DNA of 64,000 bases, taken from NCBI GenBank assembly GCA_021203405.1, contig JAJQBG010000302.1:7995-71994 (forward strand). The letters run 5' to 3'. The position numbers and the translations under genes were made by a program. Shown here piece by piece: positions 54,571 through 64,000 of this stretch. Each line of letters starts with the position of its first letter. Position 1 is the first letter of the stretch. Under the pieces are notes generated by a model, which was not told the origin of the DNA, did not search any database, and worked only from the letters and a program-made list of their open reading frames with translations. This DNA is from Bacteroides sp. Lineage in GTDB: Bacteria > Bacteroidota > Bacteroidia > Bacteroidales > Bacteroidaceae.

Positions 54571-54987
54571 ATGAAAAAAATTCTTTTCCTTTTTGTGTTT
54601 ACAATGCTTGTATGTACCCACACTCTTACTGCCCAGAGCACTACAGATTATCGGTTAAGTACCCATATACTGGATATTAACCAGGGTAAGCCGGCCAGTG
54701 GAGTCACTATTACCCTTTATCAATGGGACCCGGAAAAAGAAGTATTCGAAGAGGTAGCCTCCGGAAAAACTGATGAGAACGGACGGATCGGTAATTTTCT
54801 TCCTTCCACCTCTTCCAACGAAGGTATGTATAAATTAAAGTTTGAAACCCTCGCCTATTTCAATAACCAGCAGATAGCCTCTATCTACCCCTATATTGAA
54901 GTAGTATTCCGCATAGAAGGAAAAGGGCATTACCACATTCCTATTACGCTATCGGCCAACGGATACTCCACTTACAGAGGAAACTGA
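54571..54987 (+). CDS. uraH: 5-hydroxyisourate hydrolase (transthyretin-like) with signal peptide
   Basis: LSTHILD..GKPA, TDENGR, YPYIEVVF and HYHIPITLSANGYSTYRGN. Confidence 0.9.
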   Translation: MKKILFLFVFTMLVCTHTLTAQSTTDYRLSTHILDINQGKPASGVTITLYQWDPEKEVFEEVASGKTDENGRIGNFLPSTSSNEGMYKLKFETLAYFNNQQIASIYPYIEVVFRIEGKGHYHIPITLSANGYSTYRGN

Positions 54988-54997
54988 CCGGGAATAG

Positions 54998-55957
54998 TTA
55001 TAATTCATTCACAATCTCCCGCTGCCGCTGGAAAAAAAGAATACGCTGCATCTCTCCACTCTCAGAAATAAGCGTAGAGGTACGTTTAAGAGCATACATC
55101 CAGTATTTCAACCGCTTGTGTATCTTTTCATCGTACGAGATCGCATCGTTAAGGGTAAACATCTTTACCATAGAGAAACAGTGGTCGGGCGTTCCGAAAT
55201 AGCTATAACTACTCTCAAAATTGATACTGGAAACATAAAACCAGACTTTATGCCCCGGAGCATATTCTCCGCAGACAGCCAGTTCTTCCACATAATCTAT
55301 AAATTGCAGGATCTCTGTTTTCAACTCCTCTACCTCTACCTTGCTCAACAACTTAATATTGGCAAAATAGAGGATATCGTTGACTAGGTAACGAAAGATC
55401 ATCCTATCCCAGATGTAGTAAGAGTGTGCAAAGTGGTGGGTAGTACTTACAATCTCCTTATTGATCTTTTTAAGCCGCGCAGTAGGTTCAATATCCGCGT
55501 AGTTCATCTTGGAAGAGGGAGCTCCATACTGATACATCCACTTAAAAAGATAAAAGTTATAGATATGAGGAAAAATAAGCGATAGCGATTGCGGCAGGAT
55601 ATTGAGTGCACTACCTAACTCTGATTCAGGCGACCTGGAAATAATCCGGAGCGCATTTACAAAATGCTCCAGCATCTGATAATCCTCCTCCTGCGGGTTC
55701 AGGAATTGCACCATTTTCAATTGAAAAGGACGTACTTTTAACGATCCGGCAGTAATGATATTATCTACCGAGAGTTCAAAATGCAAAGCCACTTTGGCTA
55801 TTTCCGCAAAAGTAAAGGGTACTTCGTTACGCAGGCGTCTGTACACAGACTCTTTTTCCAGGTTCAGCAGTTCAGTAAGAACAGTAGTTAATTTTCCTCT
55901 TTCGGGGATCTTGTCTTTAAGGACCCCGATCACTTTGTTGTTCAGGTCTCGTTCCAT
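54998..55957 (-). CDS. Uncharacterised Bacteroidota regulator-like protein with N-terminal HTH
   Basis: LTELLNLEKESVYRRLRNEVPFTFAEIAKVALHFELSVD resembles an Xre/Cro HTH; TATTTTTG box on the minus strand near 55988-55995. Confidence 0.65.
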   Translation of the reverse strand: MERDLNNKVIGVLKDKIPERGKLTTVLTELLNLEKESVYRRLRNEVPFTFAEIAKVALHFELSVDNIITAGSLKVRPFQLKMVQFLNPQEEDYQMLEHFVNALRIISRSPESELGSALNILPQSLSLIFPHIYNFYLFKWMYQYGAPSSKMNYADIEPTARLKKINKEIVSTTHHFAHSYYIWDRMIFRYLVNDILYFANIKLLSKVEVEELKTEILQFIDYVEELAVCGEYAPGHKVWFYVSSINFESSYSYFGTPDHCFSMVKMFTLNDAISYDEKIHKRLKYWMYALKRTSTLISESGEMQRILFFQRQREIVNEL

Positions 55958-56051
55958 AATTAAGTTTAGATAAGTGGTTCAGTTTTTACAAAAATAGTAA
56001 TTTTCACCGGAACATCCAATTTTTATTCCGGTAAATGAACGGGGGTTCCCA

Positions 56052-56105
56052 TTCCGGGAGAAGATCTCCCGGAAGAAAGATGCACCGGGAGAACATCTCC
56101 TGGTG
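56052..56105. repeat. Two tandem related 23-bp palindromes
   Basis: TTCCGGGAGA-AGA-TCTCCCGGAA (56052-56074) and CACCGGGAGA-ACA-TCTCCTGGTG (56083-56105). Confidence 0.75.
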
Positions 56106-56127
56106 AACAAAGAGGAAAAAAGGATGA

Positions 56128-56167
56128 TAAAAAAACCTGAAAAAGAGTCTCTATTCTTTTCCAGGTT
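56128..56167 (-). terminator. Intrinsic terminator of dnaX
   Basis: Minus strand AACCTGGAAAAGA...TCTTTTTCAGGTT followed by a T-run, about 20 bp after the dnaX stop. Confidence 0.65.
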
Positions 56168-56188
56168 CTATCTTTTTGTCTTGGTTTA

Positions 56189-58024
56189 TTAATAAAATTC
56201 CAGTCCGAACTCTTCCCGGAGCTTCAATAGATCCGGGTTCTTTTCGGCCATTGCCTGGAACTTTTCGACTTTACTATAGGCTCTTACCTGTTCCTGTGGT
56301 TCGCTGACCCGGATCTTCATCGTGATCTTCCGGTTATTCAGGCGCTCCCGCAGGTAATTCTGTACAGGAGCGATCATGGAGGTCATCTCTTTGGCGATGA
56401 GTTCATTCTCCACCACCATCTCGAAACAGGTATCATCCAGCAATTTTACATGTACATTGAGCATACGGGCTGCAAAAGCACGGTGCTCGAGGGGGAGGGT
56501 CATCGCATACTCTTTCCAGTAAAAATTGAGGTCTTTTTCATTGAATATGAAATCCTCCTGCGCAGCTGTGTTTACAGTCGTTTCAGCTTTTTTCTCCGGA
56601 TCCTGTACCGCCTTCCGGGGAGCTTTGATGGAAACTCCCATACTTCCTGCCTGCATGACAGGGATCTTCTTTTCGGGCCTGGTTTGCAACAGTTCCTGGA
56701 TATCCGTATTGGTATGCACAGGCGGAGTCTGTGAAGGAGCTGCCTGCGGCGAAGCAGTGGCCGGTTGTGCCTGCACAGCCGGATTAACCGGATTGCGGGT
56801 AGCCTGTACCGGTTGTTGCACCGCCAGATGTTGCGACGTGGGAGCAGCAGAAGCCTGTGGCTGAGCCGGCTGTGAAGAGGGAATGGGTTTTATAGCAGGT
56901 TGCGGGCTACGCCCCGACCCTTCGTCCTCTTCCTCTACAAGCTGGGCGAGCCGGATCAGTGTTAATTCCACCAGCAGCCTTTTGTTGCGGCTTACCCGGT
57001 AATTCAGATCGCATTCATTGGCCAGCTTCATGGCTTTATAAAGAAAAGCAGGCAGACACTTCTGAGCCTGCGTACGGTACTGCTGGCGGATAGCGGCTCC
57101 TACTTCCAGCAGGGGCAGGGTGGATTCATCCCGGCTCACCAGCAGATCCCTGAAGTGAGAAGAGAGCCCGGTGATAAACTGGTTCCCGTCAAAACCGCTT
57201 TTAAGCACCTGGTCAAAGAGCAGTAACGATTCCGCCACCTTTCCTTCCAGGAAATAGTCCATCAGCCTGAAATAGTACTCATAATCGAGTACGTTCAGGT
57301 TCTCAATTACATTTTTATAGGAGATATTCCCACCGGTAAAACTGGCCACCTGGTCGAAAATAGAAAGGGCATCCCGGAGTCCGCCGTCTGCTTTCTGTGC
57401 AATGACATTCAGCCCTTCCGGCTCTGCTTCTATACCCTCCTGCGCGGCCACATAAGCCAGATGATCTACCATATCGGTTACACTGATACGGCTGAAATCA
57501 TAGATCTGGCAACGGGAAAGAATGGTTGGAAGTATCTTATGTTTCTCCGTAGTAGCCAGTACAAAAACAGCATGCCGGGGAGGCTCTTCCAGGGTCTTCA
57601 GGAAAGCATTAAAAGCAGCTGTCGAAAGCATGTGAACCTCGTCGATAATATAGACCTTATACTTTCCGATCTGAGGCGGTATACGCACCTGCTCTACCAG
57701 CGTACGGATATCATCTACCGAGTTATTGGAAGCCGCATCCAGTTCATGAATGTTGTAAGAACGCTGCTCATTGAATGCCCGGCACGATTCGCATTCATCG
57801 CAGGCCTCTCCCGCAGGAGTTACATGCATGCAGTTAATGGTTTTGGCAAAGATACGGGCACAGGTAGTCTTCCCTACTCCACGCGGACCGCAGAACAGGT
57901 AGGCATGCGCCAGTTTTTGCTGAGCGATCGCATTTTTCAAAGTGGTTGTAAGAGACTTTTGCCCTACAACCGACTCAAATGTGGCGGGTCGATATTTTCG
58001 AGCCGATACAATATAGTTTTCCAT
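56189..58024 (-). CDS. dnaX: DNA polymerase III subunit gamma/tau
   Basis: ARKYRP, GPRGVGKTT, CxxCxxC zinc motif, ELDAASN, IIDEVHML, SRC and GGLRDA; Pro/Gln/Ala-rich linker. Confidence 0.97.
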   Translation of the reverse strand: MENYIVSARKYRPATFESVVGQKSLTTTLKNAIAQQKLAHAYLFCGPRGVGKTTCARIFAKTINCMHVTPAGEACDECESCRAFNEQRSYNIHELDAASNNSVDDIRTLVEQVRIPPQIGKYKVYIIDEVHMLSTAAFNAFLKTLEEPPRHAVFVLATTEKHKILPTILSRCQIYDFSRISVTDMVDHLAYVAAQEGIEAEPEGLNVIAQKADGGLRDALSIFDQVASFTGGNISYKNVIENLNVLDYEYYFRLMDYFLEGKVAESLLLFDQVLKSGFDGNQFITGLSSHFRDLLVSRDESTLPLLEVGAAIRQQYRTQAQKCLPAFLYKAMKLANECDLNYRVSRNKRLLVELTLIRLAQLVEEEDEGSGRSPQPAIKPIPSSQPAQPQASAAPTSQHLAVQQPVQATRNPVNPAVQAQPATASPQAAPSQTPPVHTNTDIQELLQTRPEKKIPVMQAGSMGVSIKAPRKAVQDPEKKAETTVNTAAQEDFIFNEKDLNFYWKEYAMTLPLEHRAFAARMLNVHVKLLDDTCFEMVVENELIAKEMTSMIAPVQNYLRERLNNRKITMKIRVSEPQEQVRAYSKVEKFQAMAEKNPDLLKLREEFGLEFY

Positions 58025-58053
58025 AACGAGGGATTGCTTTTTTACTGATTGTG

Positions 58054-58112
58054 CAAATGTACATTATTTTGTGGATTAATACACGGATGGTTAGAAAATA
58101 TTTCTATCTTTG
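58054..58112. promoter_or_regulatory. Divergent -7 promoter boxes for dnaX and the ftsB-like gene
   Basis: TACATTTG on minus (58054-58061) and TATCTTTG on plus (58105-58112). Confidence 0.6.
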
Positions 58113-58137
58113 TGAAGCATTAACAGTAGGCTATTTT

Positions 58138-58434
58138 ATGACTCAGTTGCTTTCATTCTGGAACTTTATCGGCAGGCACAAATACGTGATCACTGTCGTC
58201 GCATTCGGGCTTATTATCGGCTTTCTGGATGAGAACAGCCTGGTTCGCCGTGCTAAATACAGGCATGAGATCAATCAGCTGAACAGTGAGATCGAACGAT
58301 ACCAAAAAGAGTATCAGGAGAGCACCGAACTACTCAACGAACTGACAACTAACCCGGAGGCACTCGAAAGGATCGCCCGGGAAAAGTACCTTATGAAAAA
58401 GCCCAATGAAGATGTATTCGTCTTCGAAAAATGA
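58138..58434 (+). CDS. ftsB: Septum formation initiator (FtsB/DivIC family)
   Basis: One TM helix, coiled coil and LERIAREKYLMKKPNEDVF. Confidence 0.8.
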   Translation: MTQLLSFWNFIGRHKYVITVVAFGLIIGFLDENSLVRRAKYRHEINQLNSEIERYQKEYQESTELLNELTTNPEALERIAREKYLMKKPNEDVFVFEK

Positions 58435-58439
58435 TTCCA

Positions 58440-58783
58440 TGAAAAAACTTCTACCGATTCTTTTTATAACAGGAGCGATCCTGCTTCTGGCAGGTGTAGT
58501 GCTCTACATGCCCTACCGGGAACTGACTCCTTACCTGTATCTGCCGGGAGCCACCCTGATCGCCGTTGCACAGGTCAACAACCTTTATAAAGGAACTAAT
58601 TTTGTATTGAAAAGACTCTACCGCCAACAGATGTTCGGTAGTTTTTTTCTGGTCATGGCAGGTATATTAATGGTTACCACGCATGGAAATGAGTGGATCG
58701 CCGCACTTACCATCGGAACTTTTATAGAACTCTATACAGCTTTCCGTATTCCCGGCGAGGAGAAGAAAGAGAAAGAAGAATAA
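58440..58783 (+). CDS. Hypothetical 4-TM membrane protein
   Basis: Four hydrophobic segments; follows the ftsB-like gene by 5 bp. Confidence 0.7.
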
Positions 58784-58870
58784 ATATCGAATACGGAAGA
58801 TAACTCCGGTTTGCTTGCAGGAATTTCCTTCAGGAGATACCCATACCACAAGCTCTGTTCCGGTGTAACC

Positions 58871-59248
58871 CTACCGGCTCTTTCCCGCCCGGAGCAGCTC
58901 GTTCTTATACAACCCCAACGCCTCCCGGAGCATTTCTTCTACAGACTCTATCGGAATATCCTCCCCCGCTTTCACCCGGAATATCTTCATCTTCTTCCGT
59001 CCTCCTGCTTCAAGCCCGGGATGTGCCAGATACCTTCCCTCTACCATTAACAGATAAGGATCACCCGTTCTCAGCTCCACCGAGAGATAACAAAAAATCC
59101 TCTTTCCGTAACAAAAACAGGGAATGTCCCATTTCAGGGTCTCTGTAATCTCCGGGTCCTGAGCCAGAATAAGTTCCCTGAGAGCCATCAGACAGCTTTT
59201 CTGAGGCTCCTCTTTATACAAATAATACTCATCCGATGCTTTTACCAT
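58871..59248 (-). CDS. DUF1801 / YdhG-like protein
   Basis: CLMALRELIL...ETLKWDIPCFCY; TATCTTTG on minus at 59314-59321. Confidence 0.75.
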   Translation of the reverse strand: MVKASDEYYLYKEEPQKSCLMALRELILAQDPEITETLKWDIPCFCYGKRIFCYLSVELRTGDPYLLMVEGRYLAHPGLEAGGRKKMKIFRVKAGEDIPIESVEEMLREALGLYKNELLRAGKSR

Positions 59249-59413
59249 CCCGCTGTTAGTCTGAATTTACCACTATGTATCTATCCGCGATCCCGGCTTT
59301 TATTTCGTTTCTCCAAAGATAATAAATTACCCTCAAACAATATACCATTCACTTTACTTCATCTATCCGAAAAATCATTTATATTTGTCCTGCATCCATC
59401 AAAACCGACTCTC

Positions 59414-60853
59414 ATGAAGACCAGACACCGTATAATTACTTTATTACTTATAGGTATCACCCTTCATTCCGTTACTGCCCAAACCTACATACCCTGGCAA
59501 CACGGTACATTACAGGTATCCCCGGAAGGTCGGTATCTCAGGCACGAGGACGGCACCCTCTTTTTCTGGCTGGGCGAAACAGGATGGCTTCTGCCGCAGC
59601 GTACCGACCGTGACGAAGCCGCTTATTACCTGGAACAGTGCCGACAGGCCGGATACAATGTAGTGCAGATACAGACACTCAATAACGTGCCTTCCATCAA
59701 CCGGTACGGAGAATACTCCCACGTGGACGGATTCAACTTTAAAAACATTGACCGCAAAGGAGTATACGGTTACTGGGACCACATGGATTATATCATCGAA
59801 ACGGCTGCAAGCAAAGGAATCTACGTGGGTATGGTATGTATCTGGGGCGGACTGGTCAAACGGGGTGATATGGATGTAAAAGAGGCAGAGGCCTACGGAA
59901 AGTTCCTGGCAGAACGATATAAAGACTCCCCCAATATTATCTGGTTGATCGGAGGCGATGTAAGAGGCGATGTTAAGCCGGAAGTATGGGAGGCCCTGGC
60001 TACTACCATCCACTCTATCGACCGGAACCACCTGATGACCTTTCACCCCTTCGGCAGAACCTCTTCCGTAACCTGGTTCAACGACGCTCCCTGGCTTAAC
60101 TTTAATATGTTCCAGAGCGGTCACCGCCGCTACGGCCAGCGGAAGGGAGACGGTGATTACTCCATCCGGGAGAATACGGAAGAAGACAACTGGCGTTTTG
60201 TAGAAACAGCAATGACTCTGACACCCCTTAAACCCATTGTAGACGGCGAACCGATTTACGAAGGCATTCCCCAGGGGCTCCACGACCCCACGCAACCCCG
60301 CTGGAACGCCAGTGACGTACGCCGTTACGCCTACTGGTCGGTCTTTGCCGGATCCTTCGGACATACCTACGGGAACAACTCCATTATGCAATTCATGCGT
60401 CCCGGAATTACCCCGGCTTATGGTGCTTCTACCCCCTGGTATGAGGCCCTGAAAGATCCCGGTTTTAACCAGATGAAGTACCTGAAGAACCTGATGCTTA
60501 CTTTTCCCTTCTTTGAACGTATACCGGATCAATCGGTGATCGCAGGTATTAACGGCGAACGTTACGACCGTGCCGTTGCCACCCGGGGGAACGATTACCT
60601 GTTGGTATACAATTACAGCGGACGACCGATGGAAATAGACCTGAATAAGATCAGCGGTACCAGAAAAAATGTATGGTGTTACAGTACCCGGGAAGGAACA
60701 CTCCGTTATATCGGTGAATTTGCCGGTCAGGTAACCACCTTCCAGTACGACGGAGGATATATGAGTGGTAACGACCAGGTATTGATCGCTGTAGATGCCT
60801 CTAAAAGTTATATAGAAAAGGAGTGGGTAAAATTACCGGAAACACAACAATAA
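59414..60853 (+). CDS. GH140 apiosidase-like (DUF4038) secreted glycosidase
   Basis: FFWLGETGW, PNIIWLIGGD, MTFHP, FNMFQSGH, DGEPIYE and GHTYG; TATATTTG at 59380-59387. Confidence 0.85.
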   Translation: MKTRHRIITLLLIGITLHSVTAQTYIPWQHGTLQVSPEGRYLRHEDGTLFFWLGETGWLLPQRTDRDEAAYYLEQCRQAGYNVVQIQTLNNVPSINRYGEYSHVDGFNFKNIDRKGVYGYWDHMDYIIETAASKGIYVGMVCIWGGLVKRGDMDVKEAEAYGKFLAERYKDSPNIIWLIGGDVRGDVKPEVWEALATTIHSIDRNHLMTFHPFGRTSSVTWFNDAPWLNFNMFQSGHRRYGQRKGDGDYSIRENTEEDNWRFVETAMTLTPLKPIVDGEPIYEGIPQGLHDPTQPRWNASDVRRYAYWSVFAGSFGHTYGNNSIMQFMRPGITPAYGASTPWYEALKDPGFNQMKYLKNLMLTFPFFERIPDQSVIAGINGERYDRAVATRGNDYLLVYNYSGRPMEIDLNKISGTRKNVWCYSTREGTLRYIGEFAGQVTTFQYDGGYMSGNDQVLIAVDASKSYIEKEWVKLPETQQ

Positions 60854-60881
60854 TATACTTTCCAGCTTATCTTTTACAACC

Positions 60882-61031
60882 ATGAAGAGAATAAAAACAA
60901 AAGCGATTACCTGGCTGGTAGTCGCCTGCTTATTACCGGGGTGTTCTTCTTCCGGGAACGATCCGGAGTATGAAACCATTCATAAATCTTCGGGAAGACG
61001 ACACCCCTGTATTGTTCATCGGCAGGTTTAA
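60882..61031 (+). CDS. 49-aa lipoprotein-signal ORF, possibly a truncated gene
   Basis: MKRIKTKAITWLVVACLLPG-CSSSGNDPEYET...; starts 28 bp after the GH140 stop. Confidence 0.45.
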   Translation: MKRIKTKAITWLVVACLLPGCSSSGNDPEYETIHKSSGRRHPCIVHRQV

Positions 61032-61033
61032 TT

Positions 61034-61068
61034 AAAAAAGAAGGTATCCCGATTGGGGATACCTTCTT
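61034..61068 (-). terminator. Intrinsic (possibly bidirectional) terminator after nqrF
   Basis: Perfect 13-bp stem AAGAAGGTATCCC-GATTG-GGGATACCTTCTT with an A-run on the left side. Confidence 0.8.
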
Positions 61069-61096
61069 CTATATAGATTAAAAATCAAAAAACCGA

Positions 61097-62356
61097 TTAT
61101 GCACCGAAGTCGTCAAACATCAGCATATTGCGGGGAACCCCCAGGTCATACAGCATCTTTTCTACTGCTTTAGCCATCGGGCCGGGACCACACATGTAGT
61201 ATTCGATATCTTCCGGAGCCTCATGATCCTTCAGGTAATTATCGTGGATCACATTGTGGATAAAGCCAACAGGACCCGTCCAGTTATCCTCCGGTAGCGG
61301 TTCACTCAGTGCAATGTGGAAGCTAAAGTTCGGGAACTCTTTTTCGAGCTTGCGGAAGTCCTCTTCGTAGAATACTTCATTGAGCGAACGGGCACCATAC
61401 CAGTAAGAGATCTTACGATCAGTGATCTTCAGCGTATTGAGCAGGTGCAGTACATGCGAGCGAAGCGGCGCCATACCGGCTCCACCACCGATGTACAACA
61501 TTTCACGATCCGAATCCAATAGCGGGTGGAACTCCCCGAAAGGTCCTGATACCATCACCTTATCACCCGGTTTCAGGGAGAAGATATAAGAGGAAGAGAT
61601 ACCCGGAGGTACATTCATAAACCCACCGGTAGCCCGATCGAACGGAGGAGTGGCAATACGTACGTCCAGCATTACAATATCTCCCTCAGCCGGATAGTTG
61701 GCCATGGAGTAAGCACGCATGGTCTCCTCATTATTCACGCAGGTAAGATCCCACATTTTGAACTTATCCCAGTCGCCCCGGAAACGCTCTTCGATATCGT
61801 AATCGGAGAATTTAATATTGTACTTGGGAATATCGATCTGGATATATCCTCCCGAAGTAAAATTCAGGTGTTCACCTTCGGGAAGCTTCACGATAAACTC
61901 TTTGATAAAGGTAGCCACATTTCTGTTAGATACCACCTCACACTCCCATTTCTTGACTCCCAGCACAGACTCAGGCACTTTAATAGCCATATCCTGTTTT
62001 ACCTTTACCTGGCATCCCAGACGCCAGTTGGCCTTCTGCTCCTTGCGGGTAAAATGCACTTTTTCAGTGGGAAGGATCTCACCTCCACCCTCTTCTACCT
62101 GGCAACGGCACTGTGCACAGGAACCCCCTCCACCACAGGCAGAAGGCAGGAATATTTTGTTATTGGCCAGTGTAGACAACAGGTTGGAGCCACTCTCTAC
62201 CTCCACTTCCGTATCACCGTTGATGATTACTTTTACCTTTCCGGAAGGAGAGAGATAGTTTTTAGCAACCAGAAGGATAATAACGAGCAGCAGAATAATT
62301 ACCAGAAAGACTCCTATACTCGCACCGATCATAGTCGGATTAATTGCTAATATCAT
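61097..62356 (-). CDS. nqrF: Na+-translocating NADH:quinone reductase subunit F
   Basis: SACGGGGSCAQC, RLGCQ, RAYSMA, GGGAGMAP, YMCGP and FDDFG. Confidence 0.97.
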   Translation of the reverse strand: MILAINPTMIGASIGVFLVIILLLVIILLVAKNYLSPSGKVKVIINGDTEVEVESGSNLLSTLANNKIFLPSACGGGGSCAQCRCQVEEGGGEILPTEKVHFTRKEQKANWRLGCQVKVKQDMAIKVPESVLGVKKWECEVVSNRNVATFIKEFIVKLPEGEHLNFTSGGYIQIDIPKYNIKFSDYDIEERFRGDWDKFKMWDLTCVNNEETMRAYSMANYPAEGDIVMLDVRIATPPFDRATGGFMNVPPGISSSYIFSLKPGDKVMVSGPFGEFHPLLDSDREMLYIGGGAGMAPLRSHVLHLLNTLKITDRKISYWYGARSLNEVFYEEDFRKLEKEFPNFSFHIALSEPLPEDNWTGPVGFIHNVIHDNYLKDHEAPEDIEYYMCGPGPMAKAVEKMLYDLGVPRNMLMFDDFGA

Positions 62357-62384
62357 TGTTTTATCTTTTAATAGTAAATGCTAA

Positions 62385-62984
62385 TTAAATTTTCAATCCG
62401 GAGAAGCACATAAATGCCATCGCCATCAGTCCTACCACAATAAAGGTAATACCTAGTCCGCGAAGAGGTGCAGGTACATGCGAATAAGCCATCTTTTCAC
62501 GGATAGCAGCCAGCCCTACAATAGCCAACAACCAACCCACACCCGATCCTAAAGCATACGTAGTAGCCATTCCCACATTCACGAACCCCCTTTGTTGCAT
62601 AAAAAGAGAAGCACCCATGATGGCACAGTTCACAGCAATAAGCGGCAGGAAGATCCCTAAAGACGCGTAGAGAGAAGGGGTAAACCGTTCTACGATCATC
62701 TCTACTAATTGTACAATAGCAGCAATGACGGCAATAAAGAGGATAAAGCTCAGGAAACTAAGATCCACTCCTTTTATAAATGCGTCCGGCTTCAGGACAT
62801 GGTTCTTAAGCAGGTAGTTCACCGGTACAGTAACCACGAGTACAAAAATAACCGCTATACCCAGCCCTACCGCTGTTTTTACATTTTTGGAAACTGCCAG
62901 GTAAGAGCACATCCCCAAAAAGTAGGCGAATATCATATTGTCGACAAAGATCGACTTTACAAACAGACTTAAATATTCATTCAT
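62385..62984 (-). CDS. nqrE: Na+-NQR subunit E
   Basis: [22 protein letters not shown] and LRGLGITF. Confidence 0.96.
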   Translation of the reverse strand: MNEYLSLFVKSIFVDNMIFAYFLGMCSYLAVSKNVKTAVGLGIAVIFVLVVTVPVNYLLKNHVLKPDAFIKGVDLSFLSFILFIAVIAAIVQLVEMIVERFTPSLYASLGIFLPLIAVNCAIMGASLFMQQRGFVNVGMATTYALGSGVGWLLAIVGLAAIREKMAYSHVPAPLRGLGITFIVVGLMAMAFMCFSGLKI

Positions 62985-63008
62985 TTCTTTTCGTTTTTTA
63001 CGGGATTA

Positions 63009-63641
63009 TTACTTTTCCTGCATCTCTTTATACCGGGCACGCTGTACCCAGATAATAACTGCACAGACAATAAGTGCCATCGGCGGCATCAACATCAAAC
63101 CGTTATTCAGATAACCGGCTTCATACACTGCATCCGGAATTACCTGGTAGCCCAGTAAGGCTCCCAACCCGAGTAGTTCGCGGAAGAATCCCACAATGAT
63201 AAGAATAGCCGCATACCCGAGTCCGTTACCCACTCCATCCAGGAATGACTCCCAGGGCCGGTTTGCCATAGCAAAGGCTTCGAGGCGTCCCATCAGGATA
63301 CAGTTGGTGATGATCAGACCCACATATACGGAGAGCTGTACACTCACATCGTAGGCAAAGGCTTTGAGTACTTCACTCACAATGGTTACCAGCGCAGCTA
63401 CTACCACCAGCTGCACGATAATACGGATACGGCTGGGAATGGTATTTCTCAACAAAGAGATAATAACGTTGGCAAAGGCAACAATAACAGTTACCGAAAA
63501 ACCCATTACAATAGCCGGCTCCAGCTTGGCAGTGACGGCAAGAGCCGAACAGATACCAAGTACCTGGATGGTAACCGGGTTATTAAGGTTAAGAGGGCCT
63601 GAAAATATAGCTTTATTCTGTTTGAAAAATAAACTGCTCAT
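63009..63641 (-). CDS. nqrD: Na+-NQR subunit D
   Basis: QVLGICSALAVT and VGLIITNCILMGR. Confidence 0.96.
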   Translation of the reverse strand: MSSLFFKQNKAIFSGPLNLNNPVTIQVLGICSALAVTAKLEPAIVMGFSVTVIVAFANVIISLLRNTIPSRIRIIVQLVVVAALVTIVSEVLKAFAYDVSVQLSVYVGLIITNCILMGRLEAFAMANRPWESFLDGVGNGLGYAAILIIVGFFRELLGLGALLGYQVIPDAVYEAGYLNNGLMLMPPMALIVCAVIIWVQRARYKEMQEK

Positions 63642-63644
63642 ATA

Positions 63645-64000
63645 TTACTCTCCTTCTATTTTAATTAAAAAATTACTGTACTGCATCAGGCAATCCTTGA
63701 TCATCTGCTCCACAGCCACAGAAGTAATAGTACCTCCGGAGATACCATCCACATAATCCTGGTTATTCAGGGTCTTACCCGGTTTTACCACAGCAACCGA
63801 AACCAGTTCCCCATCCCTTTTGATGCGTTTTCCCTTGAAAGGAAGCTGGAATTTATCCGTTGTGATCTCCGCACCGAGTCCCGGGGTCTCTCCCTGGTGG
63901 GAGAAGTAAGTACCATAGATGGTATCATAATCCTCGTCCAGGGCAATGTATCCCCAGATAGGTCCCCACAAACCCGATCCACGCAAAGGAACGATGTATT
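63645..64000 (-). CDS. nqrC: Na+-NQR subunit C (5' part outside window)
   Basis: GLWGPIWG, HQGETPGLG and FMN-attachment motif DGISGGTITS. Confidence 0.95.
   Translation of the reverse strand, partial: YIVPLRGSGLWGPIWGYIALDEDYDTIYGTYFSHQGETPGLGAEITTDKFQLPFKGKRIKRDGELVSVAVVKPGKTLNNQDYVDGISGGTITSVAVEQMIKDCLMQYSNFLIKIEGE

Noticed and set aside
56587-56594. dnaX programmed -1 frameshift site (AAAAAAG on the coding strand)
   Set aside because: It is phased GAG AAA AAA GCT rather than A AAA AAG, and I see no clear stimulatory element.
59510-60532. 340-aa antisense ORF and the many other 60-220 aa opposite-strand ORFs
   Set aside because: They are shadows of well-supported genes on the other strand and have no motifs.
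1-64000. tRNA, rRNA, intact IS, integrase or prophage genes
   Set aside because: None recognised by eye; a covariance-model scan was not possible.

Overview
This window looks like Bacteroidales chromosomal DNA: it has SusC/SusD, hybrid two-component systems (HTCS), TAnnTTTG promoters and the Na+-NQR operon. Bases 1-19.3 kb hold a minus-strand polysaccharide utilisation locus (PUL) for a sulfated, uronate-rich glycan: GH105, three DUF2264/GH154 domains (one stand-alone, one fused to a sulfatase, one fused to GH88), GH43-CBM32-Fn3, SusD, SusC, a second sulfatase and an HTCS. Bases 19.8-32.8 kb hold an MFS transporter with a PqqD/RRE-like partner, a LytS/LytTR pair facing a hidden Tat-signal iron-sulfur flavoprotein, a 1.4-kaa CoA-activase-like protein and three alpha/beta hydrolases. 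Bases 32.9-49.3 kb hold a second HTCS with a SusCD-less GH97/GH43/GH31/GH43 cluster containing a GTAG-type REP doublet, a decayed DUF3987-type gene and a DUF4450 protein. Bases 49.4-64 kb hold an MFS, an AraC/ferredoxin/His-rich membrane protein trio, cat, uraH, an HTH regulator with twin palindromes, dnaX, an ftsB-like gene, DUF1801, GH140 and nqrCDEF. Many genes are broken by single-base homopolymer indels and four in-frame stops. This is most simply read or consensus error, but gene decay cannot be excluded. All family calls come from motif recognition only; no database searches were run.
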